This document shows, piece after piece, positions 39,903 through 51,828 of a DNA stretch of 56,021 nt. Location of the stretch: positions 1 through 56,021 of IMG/VR virus record IMGVR_UViG_3300041583_000090; one strand, given 5' to 3'. Position 1 is the first letter of the stretch. The number at the start of each line of letters is the position of its first letter. The stretch comes from a virus (taxonomy: Duplodnaviria > Caudoviricetes). Under the pieces are notes generated by a model. That model did no database searches. It had not been told where the DNA came from and saw only the letters and a program-made list of their open reading frames with translations. Both the position numbers and the translations under genes were made by a program.

Positions 39903-40179
39903 TTCTCAGTTCAAGCCAAAGGTAAGCTACCAGATATACTGTTCTGCAGAATGTCGTGAAGAAGCTACCCGAGAGAAGATTGCTGACAGGTATCAGATCA
40001 CTAAAAGATCTAAGAGAAGTGCCAAGGGCAGAACTTGCAAAAGCTGCAAGTCAAGGCTCTCCATTTATAACGATACCATATTCTGTGACAACTGCACAGT
40101 TGACGCCACGGATGTTAACAGAGCCCTTAGAGAGATTAGGGGGATAGCAAATGGTAGACCTTTCGAAGATGATGAATAA
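39880..40179 (+). CDS. Zinc-finger protein
   Basis: CSKC, CSAEC, CKSC, CDNC. Confidence 0.7.
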   Translation: MKPCSKCNSQFKPKVSYQIYCSAECREEATREKIADRYQITKRSKRSAKGRTCKSCKSRLSIYNDTIFCDNCTVDATDVNRALREIRGIANGRPFEDDE

Positions 40180-40726
40180 GCCCAGAAGGGTTTGCTCCAT
40201 AGACGCTAGTACTAATAGCCTAGCCTTCGCAATCTTTGATGGAGAGACCTTGACCCATACGGGCAAGATTAACTTCAAAGGAATAACGACTTACTCCAAG
40301 GTAGCAGATGCTGCAAAGAAATGCGTATCATTCTTTAAACTGTTTGAAATAGATGCAATAATTATTGAGCATACTGTTTTCATGAACTCCCCCAAGACTC
40401 AGGCAGACTTAGCTTTGGTTCAAGGAGCACTACTAGGGGCTGCAGCTCAAAACGGTATAAGGCTAGCTGGATCGATCAATCCAATAACTTGGCAGATATT
40501 TCTGGGCAACGGAAAGCTAACCAAAGAAGATAAGTTTAAGTTAAGAAAAGAACACCCAAAGAAGTCTGACTCCTGGTACAAGAACCAGGAACGTGACTTT
40601 CGAAAGCAAAGAACAATTAACTTAGTTAATATTATTTATGATAGAGACATAGATGATAACGACGTAGCCGATGCTGTTGGCATTGGCCACTATGCAATCA
40701 ACAACTGGATGAAGGTTGACAAGTAA
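40151..40726 (+). CDS. RuvC-like Holliday junction resolvase
   Basis: 'SIDAST', 'IIIE', 'DVADAVGIG' acidic catalytic pattern. Confidence 0.8.
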   Translation: MVDLSKMMNKPRRVCSIDASTNSLAFAIFDGETLTHTGKINFKGITTYSKVADAAKKCVSFFKLFEIDAIIIEHTVFMNSPKTQADLALVQGALLGAAAQNGIRLAGSINPITWQIFLGNGKLTKEDKFKLRKEHPKKSDSWYKNQERDFRKQRTINLVNIIYDRDIDDNDVADAVGIGHYAINNWMKVDK

Positions 40727-40744
40727 TATGGCGTCTGCTAAACT
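40716..40744 (+). promoter_or_regulatory. Sigma-A-type promoter overlapping the start of the small HTH gene
   Basis: TTGACA-17 nt-TAAACT with extended TG. Confidence 0.55.
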
Positions 40745-40886
40745 ATATACATCAGAAAACTGGCTTCGTAAGCGTTATCATATAGACAAGAAGTCACCAG
40801 AAGAAATTGCAAAAGAATGTGGTACAAGCGTAGAGACTATCTACGTATATCTTTCAAAATTTAAACTAAGGAAGTCACGCAGATGA
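40728..40886 (+). CDS. Small HTH protein, 52 aa (below ORF track cutoff)
   Basis: Translated by hand: MASAKLYTSENWLRKRYHIDKKSPEEIAKECGTSVETIYVYLSKFKLRKSRR; stop overlaps next start (ATGA). Confidence 0.75.
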   Translation: MASAKLYTSENWLRKRYHIDKKSPEEIAKECGTSVETIYVYLSKFKLRKSRR

Positions 40887-41146
40887 GCGTACAGACAGAG
40901 CAAGACATTGAGCGCATATCTAATCAGGTTAAAGATCTTTTGATAGCTAAGAATCGATCCTATGGAGACTCAGCCCTACATCCTAGTAGAGTCTTCTCCA
41001 AGTCAGACAACGTTGAGCAGATCTTGGTACGCATTGATGACAAGCTATCCAGGATTCAGAACGGTCATGAGTGGCCGGGGGACAATGAGATTGATGACCT
41101 AATAGGATACCTTGTATTGTTAAAGATTGCTAAGGAGAGAGTATAA
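40883..41146 (+). CDS. DUF1599-like (nucleotide-modification-associated, MazG-like helical) protein
   Basis: 'KNRSYGDS...RIDDKLSRI...DDLIGYLVL'. Confidence 0.7.
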   Translation: MSVQTEQDIERISNQVKDLLIAKNRSYGDSALHPSRVFSKSDNVEQILVRIDDKLSRIQNGHEWPGDNEIDDLIGYLVLLKIAKERV

Positions 41147-41433
41147 TGTCTAGACGTAAGAATACAGCTCATGTTTCTAAAAGTATTTTCAGTATGGAGC
41201 CAAGCTTTGAGCTTAATGGTTTTGTCATTGAAGCAGGAGACATTATTAAGATTCAGGGTGAGTACGGTTGCAGGTTTAAGGTTCGTGGCTTAACCACTAA
41301 CACCGAGACTGGGGCTCAGTGGGTAGACACCTTCGAGATGATCAAGGGTACCCCAGCTGCCTATCGTGCCTTCAAGATTGAGCGTGTAAAGCGTGTTCCA
41401 AAGCGCGGGAAGAGAGCCAAGCGTGTCGTTTGA
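41146..41433 (+). CDS. Hypothetical basic protein, SH3-like
   Basis: 'GDIIKIQGEYG.RFK...WVD...RAF'. Confidence 0.6.
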   Translation: MSRRKNTAHVSKSIFSMEPSFELNGFVIEAGDIIKIQGEYGCRFKVRGLTTNTETGAQWVDTFEMIKGTPAAYRAFKIERVKRVPKRGKRAKRVV

Positions 41434-41953
41434 AGATCTTACAGTAGAGCATCTCGATACAGTAAATAAGGTAGTTGAGAAATATTTAGCTGGAACTCCA
41501 GAGACTCAGATATCCAAAGAGCTTGCCATGCCAAGACAAAAAGTTGTTGGCTACATCAACGAGTGGCGATCGATGGCAGCAGACAACGCTGCTATACGAG
41601 CTAGAGCCAAGGAAGCCTTAGTCGGTGCCGACACTCACTACAGCATGCTAATTGCAAAAGCCTACGAAGTTATCGACGAGGCAACTGTCCTTTCTAACCT
41701 TGGAGCAAAGACTGCGGGTATTAAGCTGGTAATGGACTTAGAGAAAACAAGAATTGACATGTTGCAAAAAGCTGGTCTTCTGGAGAACAAGGAGCTCGCT
41801 GATGAGATGGTTGAGATTGAGGAAAGACAGAACGTCCTCGTTCAAATACTAAAGGATATAGCTTCAGAGCATCCCGAGATTAGGGATAAGATTATGAATA
41901 GACTTTCCAAGGCATCGAAGCCAGGAGAGACCATTACGATTGTGAATGTATAA
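41423..41953 (+). CDS. Putative terminase small subunit
   Basis: N-terminal HTH ('ETQISKELAMPRQKV'), helical; coupled to large terminase; GTG 41423 is the likely start. Confidence 0.65.
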   Translation: MSFEDLTVEHLDTVNKVVEKYLAGTPETQISKELAMPRQKVVGYINEWRSMAADNAAIRARAKEALVGADTHYSMLIAKAYEVIDEATVLSNLGAKTAGIKLVMDLEKTRIDMLQKAGLLENKELADEMVEIEERQNVLVQILKDIASEHPEIRDKIMNRLSKASKPGETITIVNV

Positions 41954-43734
41954 TGTTTGATGACTTCCTGGAAGCTCTTCAGGACAACCCCTTTGAGGAA
42001 TTGCCTGTAGATGTCGTAACGTTTGTTACTTCTGCCGAGTTCTTGGGGCAACCGGAGTTATCTGAAATGCAGTACGAAACTGTAAAAGCTATGAGCCAAA
42101 TATTAAAGCAACCTGAGCTATCCCTAATCTATGGAGACACTGAGGGTGCTAGGTATTACAAAAAGTATACTAAGAATGAAATTATTTTACAGTGGGGCAA
42201 GGGTAGCGGTAAAGACTTTACTTCTACCGTAGCTGTAGCTTACATCGTATACGTTTTACTATGCTTAAAGGATCCCGCTAGGTATTATGGCAAGCCTCCT
42301 GGAGACGCTATCGATATTATCAATATTGCTATTAACGCCCAGCAAGCAAAGAACGTTTTCTTTAAGGGACTTAAGGTAAAGGTTGAACGCTCCCCATGGT
42401 TTGCTGGAAAATACAATCCTAAGATAGATAGCATTGAGTTTGACAAGTCCATAACAGTTTACTCAGGACACTCCGAGCGTGAGTCTCACGAGGGGCTTAA
42501 CCTTTTGGTTGCTATCCTAGATGAGATATCCGGATTTGCTCAAGAGGTGGGGACAGGTAACGAGCAGGGGAAGACGGCAGATAACATCTACAAAGCTTTC
42601 CGTGCTTCGGTAGACTCTCGTTTCCCAGATCTAGGTAAGGTTGCTCTCTTGTCTTTTCCTCGCTACCCCGGAGACTTTATCTCTCAAAAGTATGACGACG
42701 TCGTTATGGAAAAAGAGGTTGTTACAAAGTATCATACCTTTGTTATGAATGATGAGCTGCCAGCTGACGCAAAAGGCAATAGCTTGGAAATATCCTGGGA
42801 AGAGGACACCATTCTTAGCTACAAGCTCCCAGGAATGTTTGCTTTAAAGAGACCAACATGGGTAGTAAACCCTACTCGCAAGATTGATGACTTTAAGTTA
42901 GCCTTCTACACAGATATCGGGGATGCTATGCAAAGGTTTGCCTGTATACCAACGTTTGCTTCTGACGCCTTCTTTAAGCAAAGAGACAAGGTTCAGAACG
43001 CAATGACGATTAGGAACCCCATAGACGGTTTTAAGAGGTTCGAAGAAACCTTTAAGCCAGACCCTACTAAGAAGTACTATGTTCACGCGGACCTTGCACA
43101 GAAGCATGACAAGTGTGCTGTTGCTATTGCTCACGTAGATAAATGGGTAAACATTCAGGTAATTAAAGACTATGAGCAGGTAGCCCCAGTTGTTGTTGTA
43201 GACGCTGTAGTCTATTGGGAGCCCAGGACTGAGGGTCCTGTCGATCTTTCGGAAGTGAAGCAATGGATTCAGAACTTGCGCAGGGTAGGATTTGATATTG
43301 GGATGGTCTCCTTTGACCGCTGGCAGTCCTTTGACATTCAGAATGAGCTAAAGGCTGTTGGAATTAGAACTGAGACGGTATCGGTAGCAAAGAAGCACTA
43401 CGAGGACATGGCCATGCTGATCTATGAAGAGCGTTTGGTTATGCCTATGATAGATCTTTTATTTGAAGAGCTAACAGAACTTAAGATTATGAAAGGTAAT
43501 AGGGTAGACCACCCTAGAAAGTCTTCTAAGGACCTTGCAGACGCTGTCTGTGGGGCTATCTATGGGGCGATATCTCATACTCCCAAGAATATGAACCAGG
43601 AAATTGAGGTTCATACCTTTAAAGATAAGCCAAAAACTCAAGAGGAAGCTTTTAAAGAGTCGCAAAATGTGATACACTATAAGCCATCCCAAAAAGACAT
43701 TGACGAGTATCTCGGTCAATTCAATTTGATTTAG
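41953..43734 (+). CDS. Terminase large subunit
   Basis: Walker A 'WGKGSGKD', Walker B 'AILDE', nuclease 'HADLA..HD', 'DH..KSSKDLADA'. Confidence 0.92.
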   Translation: MFDDFLEALQDNPFEELPVDVVTFVTSAEFLGQPELSEMQYETVKAMSQILKQPELSLIYGDTEGARYYKKYTKNEIILQWGKGSGKDFTSTVAVAYIVYVLLCLKDPARYYGKPPGDAIDIINIAINAQQAKNVFFKGLKVKVERSPWFAGKYNPKIDSIEFDKSITVYSGHSERESHEGLNLLVAILDEISGFAQEVGTGNEQGKTADNIYKAFRASVDSRFPDLGKVALLSFPRYPGDFISQKYDDVVMEKEVVTKYHTFVMNDELPADAKGNSLEISWEEDTILSYKLPGMFALKRPTWVVNPTRKIDDFKLAFYTDIGDAMQRFACIPTFASDAFFKQRDKVQNAMTIRNPIDGFKRFEETFKPDPTKKYYVHADLAQKHDKCAVAIAHVDKWVNIQVIKDYEQVAPVVVVDAVVYWEPRTEGPVDLSEVKQWIQNLRRVGFDIGMVSFDRWQSFDIQNELKAVGIRTETVSVAKKHYEDMAMLIYEERLVMPMIDLLFEELTELKIMKGNRVDHPRKSSKDLADAVCGAIYGAISHTPKNMNQEIEVHTFKDKPKTQEEAFKESQNVIHYKPSQKDIDEYLGQFNLI

Positions 43735-43740
43735 GAAAAG

Positions 43741-44134
43741 ATGTCTATAAAGATTGTATATTTTTCAAATTATTCGGGCAACACTAAAAGATTTGTGGAG
43801 AAGATAGATGGAAACGCTATTCGTATACCTATTGATTCTGGCAGGAGTGGGTACCCTATTATGGATGCTAGCTATGTACTTTGTGTACCAACTTATGGTG
43901 GTGGTAGCGACTCACACGCTATCCCAAGACAGGTTCGAAAGTTCTTAAACGAACCAGCAAATAGAGAAAACCTTCAGGGTGTTGTTGGATTCGGCAATAT
44001 GAATTTTGGAGAAGACTTTTGTAAGGCCGCACACCTTATATCTAGCAAAGCCGGAGTACCACTGGTCGCTAGAATAGAAATTTTTGGTACACAAGATGAC
44101 GTAAACAAAGTAAAGAATAGGTTGGAGATGCTAT

Positions 44135-44145
<11 letters not shown>
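43741..44145 (+). CDS. nrdI: Class Ib RNR flavodoxin NrdI
   Basis: '[15 protein letters not shown]', 'PTYGGG', '[10 protein letters not shown]'. Confidence 0.95.
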
Positions 44146-47248
<3,103 letters not shown>

Positions 47249-47249
<1 letters not shown>

Positions 47250-48484
47250 TGACGTTCTATCAGACACTTGAAGAGGCAGACTCTGAGGTATTTGATTTCA
47301 TACAACAAGAAAAGTCAAGACAAAACAACACTCTTGAGATGATTGCAAGTGAAAACTTTGTACCATTGTCTATCATGGAGGCACAGGGTTCAGTCCTCAC
47401 CAATAAGTACGCTGAGGGTTATCCAGGCAAGCGTTACTACGGTGGTTGTGAGTTTGTAGATGAGATAGAGAACCTAGCAATCTACAGGGTAAAACAACTC
47501 TTTGGTGCAAAGTATGCAAACGTTCAACCTCACTCTGGCTCAAGTGCTAGTGCAGCTGTGCTTCATGCGTTGGCTTCACCAGGAGACACTATTCTCGGGA
47601 TGGAGCTGTCTCACGGTGGTCACTTAACCCACGGGATGAAGCTCAACTTTTCGGGTAGAAACTATAAAGCTACATCATACGGTGTAGATCCATTAACTAA
47701 CTTAATAGACATGGATGAGGTAAGAGACAAAGCTCTAGAGCACAGGCCTCAAGTTCTAATTGCTGGCTGGTCTGCATATTCTAGACACCTTGATTTCGAT
47801 GCCTTTAGAAGCATCGCTAATGAGGTTGGAGCAAAGTTATGGGTAGACATGGCTCACTTTGCTGGCCTAGTTGCAGCTGACTTGCACCCAAGCCCCTTCC
47901 CCTTTGCTGATGCAGTTTCTACAACAGTTCATAAAACATTGGGAGGGCCAAGGTCCGGAGTAATCCTTAGCCAGGATGCAGACATTGCCAAAAGAATAAA
48001 CTCCGCAGTGTTTCCTGGACAACAGGGCGGTCCTCTAATGCATGTGATAGCTGCCAAGGCCGTAGCTTTTAAGTTAGCCATGCTTCCAGAATTTAAAGAG
48101 CGTCAAGAGAGAACAATCTCTGGAGCCAAAGTTATAGCAGAGACGCTGGTAGATCGAGGAATAGATGTCTTAACTGGGGGAACAGATGTGCACCTCTTAA
48201 TAGTAGACTTGTCTAACTCTAGTATTAGTGGCAAAGAAGCAGAAGATCTTCTTCATAGCTCTGGCATCACAGTTAACAGAAACTCAGTACCTTTTGACAG
48301 CAGATCGCCTATGATCACTTCTGGACTTAGAATCGGAACTCCTGCTTTAGCTACAAGAGGCTTTGGGGATGAGGAATTCCAAGAGGTAGCAGACGTTATT
48401 GCAGACCTTCTGACAAGCAAGATGTCACCTAGCTCTGCAATGGATAGAGTAAGGCGTCTGACTCAGGCTTATAAGCTTTATTAG
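47249..48484 (+). CDS. glyA: Serine hydroxymethyltransferase
   Basis: 'IASENF', '[15 protein letters not shown]', 'GGHLTHG', PLP-lysine '[11 protein letters not shown]', 'FPGQQGGP', 'SGLRIGTPA'. Confidence 0.97.
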
Positions 48485-48496
48485 TCTCAACTTTGC

Positions 48497-48525
48497 TTGA
48501 CAATCCCTTCTAGTTCCTGTATACT
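48497..48525 (+). promoter_or_regulatory. Near-consensus sigma-A promoter upstream of small gene and tRNA cluster
   Basis: TTGACA-17 nt-TATACT. Confidence 0.8.
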
Positions 48526-48552
48526 TAGTATACTATCTAGGAGGGATTAAGC

Positions 48553-48726
48553 ATGAGTGAAGATCTGGGAATCAGAGATTGGTTAAAGATCGGAATTGAT
48601 AAAGGCTGGGTAACCGAGGCATTTTGCAACACTCATGACGGAGACCCCTACATGACAGATGAAGAGGCAGCAGATTGGGAAGACGGTGGAGACCCATGTA
48701 TGCATGTAGTAAAGTTTATTAGTTAG
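48553..48726 (+). CDS. Small acidic Cys/His protein, 57 aa (below ORF track cutoff)
   Basis: SD GGAGG; MSEDLGIRDWLKIGIDKGWVTEAFCNTHDGDPYMTDEEAADWEDGGDPCMHVVKFIS. Confidence 0.75.
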   Translation: MSEDLGIRDWLKIGIDKGWVTEAFCNTHDGDPYMTDEEAADWEDGGDPCMHVVKFIS

Positions 48727-48736
48727 TAATTTACCT

Positions 48737-48809
48737 TGCCCCATAGCTCAATTGGCAGAGTGCAGAGCTGTTAACTCTGATGTTCCTGGTTCGAGTCCAG
48801 GTGGGGCAG
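48737..48809 (+). tRNA. tRNA-Asn(GTT), no encoded CCA
   Basis: Acceptor TGCCCCA/TGGGGCA, anticodon arm CAGAG-CTGTTAA-CTCTG, T loop TTCGAGT. Confidence 0.92.
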
Positions 48810-48812
48810 CAA

Positions 48813-48995
48813 TGAGAGTGACTTCTCAGATTAGGTGCTAGTGTCGAATCACTAGATGGTAGGTTTTTTGCCAAATAAATAAGAACGGGCATACCAAAGC
48901 CTTCAGCAGGTAAAACACCTGTAATGGTGCTGTTACTCGCAGGTTGTGAAGTAAAGAGTCGGTGATGGTAGTTTAGTCAACTATGCATCACACAA
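48813..48995 (+). ncRNA. Candidate structured ncRNA(s) between tRNA-Asn and tRNA-Asp
   Basis: Closing stem with four internal hairpins plus a further long hairpin; no ORF in the track; family not recognised. Confidence 0.5.
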
Positions 48996-49068
48996 GTCTA
49001 CGTAGCTTAGCGGTTAAAGCACCTGGTTGTCAGCCAGGGGATCGTCAGTTCAAATCTGATCGTAGACG
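48996..49068 (+). tRNA. tRNA-Asp(GTC), no encoded CCA
   Basis: Acceptor GTCTACG/CGTAGAC, anticodon arm CCTGG-TTGTCAG-CCAGG, T loop TTCAAAT. Confidence 0.88.
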
Positions 49069-49122
49069 CTAATGGTATTGTCCAAGCCACTCCCACGGGT
49101 ATAGGGATAAAGTTGGACGCTA

Positions 49123-49197
49123 GCCTCCTTAGCTCAGCGGTAGAGCAACGTTCTTGTACAGCGTAGGTCGTCAGTTCGATCCTGACAGGTGGCTCCA
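49123..49197 (+). tRNA. tRNA-Thr(TGT) with CCA
   Basis: Acceptor GCCTCCT/AGGTGGC (one U-U), anticodon arm ACGTT-CTTGTAC-AGCGT, T loop TTCGATC. Confidence 0.88.
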
Positions 49198-49282
49198 AAA
49201 AATATAATGAAAGCAAGTTGTTGGCGGGTTCGATTCCTGTTTGAGGCTCTATGCTATAATAGAGGTAAGGAGGATTACAAAC

Positions 49283-50050
49283 ATGTCAAACTTATTCGCA
49301 TTACCTGTGCAGGGAGAGTACAGAGTCACCTCGCCATTCGGTTGGAGGATAGACCCCGTAACAAAAAAAGCTACTAGGCACCATAACGGTGACGATATCA
49401 TTACTGGTAGGAAAAATGAAAAAGTCTATGCCGTTATGAATGGCAAAGTTCTTAAATCTAGGAAGTCTACCGCCAAAGGCGGTGGTTTCGGTAACTACAT
49501 TGTTATTAGACATTTCATCAGTGGCAAATACTACACATCACTTTACGCTCACCTACAGGATGGTTCCTCGAAGGTACGTCAGGGTCAGATGGTTAAGGCT
49601 GGAGACCAAGTCGGCGTAATGGGTGACACAGGCTACGTAACAGGACTTCATTTACATTTTGAAATATGGAAGGGAAGAACGCACGGCTGGTCACAAGATG
49701 GCAGGGGTTTTCTAGAGCCATTAAAGTTTATTCTTTCTATGATAGCTCTTAATGAAGTAAAAGTTAGCACTCCAAAGGCTACCCCAAAGCCACAGAAACC
49801 TGCCGAGCCTGAGAGTAGGAAAGTCCCAAGGACAAAGAGAGTGGCTGTAAAGGTGTCCAAGCCTTTGCCTGTCGTAGCTCCTGTCAAAAAGCCAACGGTA
49901 TCTAAGCCAAAGACCCATACAGTAAAATCTGGAGATACACTAGGAGCAATAGCTAGAACATACAAGACAACTGTGGCAATACTTGCAAAGCTTAATAAAA
50001 TTGACAACGTTAATCTAATTAATGTTGGACAAGTAATTAGGCTACCTTAG
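49283..50050 (+). CDS. Endolysin: M23 peptidase + LysM
   Basis: 'TSPFGWR', 'HNGDD', 'YAHL', 'HLHFE'; Lys/Pro linker; LysM 'HTVKSGDTLGAIA...NLINVGQVIRLP'; SD AGGAGG before ATG 49283. Confidence 0.92.
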   Translation: MSNLFALPVQGEYRVTSPFGWRIDPVTKKATRHHNGDDIITGRKNEKVYAVMNGKVLKSRKSTAKGGGFGNYIVIRHFISGKYYTSLYAHLQDGSSKVRQGQMVKAGDQVGVMGDTGYVTGLHLHFEIWKGRTHGWSQDGRGFLEPLKFILSMIALNEVKVSTPKATPKPQKPAEPESRKVPRTKRVAVKVSKPLPVVAPVKKPTVSKPKTHTVKSGDTLGAIARTYKTTVAILAKLNKIDNVNLINVGQVIRLP

Positions 50051-50059
50051 GAGAATACT

Positions 50060-50398
50060 ATGGCTACAAAAAAGAAGAAAAGTGTTTGGACATCTTTTAA
50101 AGAGAATATGCCGAAGCATGTAGACAATCTTTTTTTCTTGAAAGAAGATGATGGGGGCGACTCGTCTTATGGTCCTTCCTGGAAGTTCAGAAGGAAGCTG
50201 ATCTACGGGGCTTACCGTCTTTCTTTTGCCATGATAATCTTTGGAGCCATTACCTATGTATCCGATACCTCTGTGGGCTCTGGCCTCGTAGCTGGTGGTG
50301 TTAGCCTCCTGGGGATCATTCTGACAGCTTATACGGCTGCCAGCACCTATCAAGACGTGAAGCTCTGGAGGCCTGAAGATGAAAACCCAATGGAGTAA
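50060..50398 (+). CDS. Membrane protein, putative holin-like
   Basis: Two hydrophobic segments, directly after endolysin. Confidence 0.6.
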   Translation: MATKKKKSVWTSFKENMPKHVDNLFFLKEDDGGDSSYGPSWKFRRKLIYGAYRLSFAMIIFGAITYVSDTSVGSGLVAGGVSLLGIILTAYTAASTYQDVKLWRPEDENPME

Positions 50399-50400
50399 TT

Positions 50401-50604
50401 ATGTTTAAAATAAGTTTTTGGAGTTACTCAGGAGAACGAGCTATTAAAACTTTTGCGCAAACAGCTATAGCTATGATAGGAACAAACAGTGTGGGACTCT
50501 TTGACTTAAACTGGCTATCCATTATTGGTGTATCAGGAACTGCAGCACTGTTATCCATACTAACATCCATTGTTTCTGTAAATACAACTAATCCAAATCT
50601 ATAG
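50401..50604 (+). CDS. Holin, r1t-like
   Basis: 'ERAIKTFAQT...LLSILTSI' typical of r1t-family holins. Confidence 0.8.
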   Translation: MFKISFWSYSGERAIKTFAQTAIAMIGTNSVGLFDLNWLSIIGVSGTAALLSILTSIVSVNTTNPNL

Positions 50605-50614
50605 GAGTCTTAGC

Positions 50615-50794
50615 TTGGCACTTTACGAATATGTATGTAAAAAATGTAACCTATCTGTTTTGATATCAAGAAGCATTTCGGAACCAGAAGGAAAGAGTCG
50701 CTGCGAACATTGCAGTATTGCCCTGGATAGGGTATACTCTAGTATAGGAGTTGCCTTTAAGGGTAGCGGATTTTACAGCACAGATAAGGCATAG
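50615..50794 (+). CDS. FmdB-family zinc-ribbon protein, 59 aa (below ORF track cutoff)
   Basis: TTG start after SD AGGAG; MALYEYVCKKC...CEHC...RVYSSIGVAFKGSGFYSTDKA. Confidence 0.85.
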   Translation: MALYEYVCKKCNLSVLISRSISEPEGKSRCEHCSIALDRVYSSIGVAFKGSGFYSTDKA

Positions 50795-50796
50795 CA

Positions 50797-51039
50797 TTGG
50801 AAGTATTAAAAGATAAATCTGAGTGGACGCTCACAACGATAGAACGTTGCGACTCTGACTGCTCTGCGCAAGCTTATGTAAGAGCTATTGGGGTGACAGG
50901 AGAGCTACTTTTCTGTTCCCATCACTATAACATGGTGTTAAACAACCCTATTGGGTATCATAACTTAGAAAAATTTGCTTATCAGATCATAGACGAAAGA
51001 GAAAGATTAGTTGAGAACAGGCTTCAGGGCGAAGACTAA
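50797..51039 (+). CDS. Small Cys/His protein resembling a conserved actinobacterial family
   Basis: 'ERCDSDCSAQAYV...GELLFCSHH...IIDERERL'. Confidence 0.75.
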   Translation: MEVLKDKSEWTLTTIERCDSDCSAQAYVRAIGVTGELLFCSHHYNMVLNNPIGYHNLEKFAYQIIDERERLVENRLQGED

Positions 51040-51065
51040 TCAATTAATTAGTATAGGAGATTCTT

Positions 51066-51401
51066 ATGGACATGAGCGATGAACTAATAAGCAAGCTAAT
51101 ACTCGATGGAGCTGTTGAGTTTTCGGGATTAAGCTTTGATGGACAGATGCTGTATAGCTTTACTGAAAAGCTGGAAAAGCTTGCCCCAGATCTGTATGCC
51201 GCAATCATGAGTAATTACCAGGCAGACATATACAAGCTATGGGAGCTAGGATTTTTACAGATAGATATGCAATTAGAGAATCCTCCGGTTGCTCCGACCG
51301 TACTGGCTCATGACGAAAGGGCCTTGGGCGATCTCTCAGAACACTTAAGGCTCACCCTTTCCCAGATTGTTTCTGAAACAAAAAGACGACTGGAGCTTTA
51401 G
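51066..51401 (+). CDS. Hypothetical protein
   Basis: SD AGGAG; 111 aa. Confidence 0.7.
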   Translation: MDMSDELISKLILDGAVEFSGLSFDGQMLYSFTEKLEKLAPDLYAAIMSNYQADIYKLWELGFLQIDMQLENPPVAPTVLAHDERALGDLSEHLRLTLSQIVSETKRRLEL

Positions 51402-51402
51402 T

Positions 51403-51828
51403 ATGGAATACTTGATAGGATCATTACTAACTATTGCCATAATCTTTTTTACAAGGCGGTACTTAGAGCCACATCAAGACATAAAGTCTGAGTTTATTAA
51501 GATTAAGTATAGCCAAAGCTACATTCATGACATGGTAGCTCCTTTCCAGAATATTGTATTCCTGGATCGTTACCCACAGCACACGCAGTCTTCCAAGCAT
51601 CTAGAAGCCAGTCAGCTTAGGATTATCATGACTGGAAAGAATGCTTACTGGATTAAAGATAGCAAGGTCTACAGGGCAGATCTATTAGAAGGAAGAGTTC
51701 AAGAAGATTCTGCGAAAGTACTTGACATGATGGCACTTGATAGGGTAGAATTAGAGGAAGTAATATTTATCGTTGACAAGTTAACAGAAGGAAAATCTAA
51801 TGATAATGGCAATCCAAGGAACTCGTAG
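51403..51828 (+). CDS. Hypothetical protein with N-terminal membrane anchor
   Basis: ATG 51403; 'YLIGSLLTIAIIFF'. Confidence 0.65.
   Translation: MEYLIGSLLTIAIIFFTRRYLEPHQDIKSEFIKIKYSQSYIHDMVAPFQNIVFLDRYPQHTQSSKHLEASQLRIIMTGKNAYWIKDSKVYRADLLEGRVQEDSAKVLDMMALDRVELEEVIFIVDKLTEGKSNDNGNPRNS
51722..51751 (+). promoter_or_regulatory. Gene-internal sigma-A-type promoter
   Basis: TTGACA-18 nt-TAGAAT upstream of the SLOG-like/whiB genes. Confidence 0.5.

Noticed and set aside
48810-48940. tRNA-associated HDV-like (theta) ribozyme after tRNA-Asn
   Set aside because: Could not build the nested P1/P2/P3/P1.1 pattern with a J4/2 cytosine by eye; kept only as an unknown ncRNA
49007-49377. ORFs 49007..49216(-) and 49189..49377(+), and upstream extensions of several ORFs (9724, 11070, 37623, 41393, 49241, 51367, 52165)
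   Set aside because: They overlap tRNAs, terminators or neighbouring genes; downstream starts fit SD or promoter positions better
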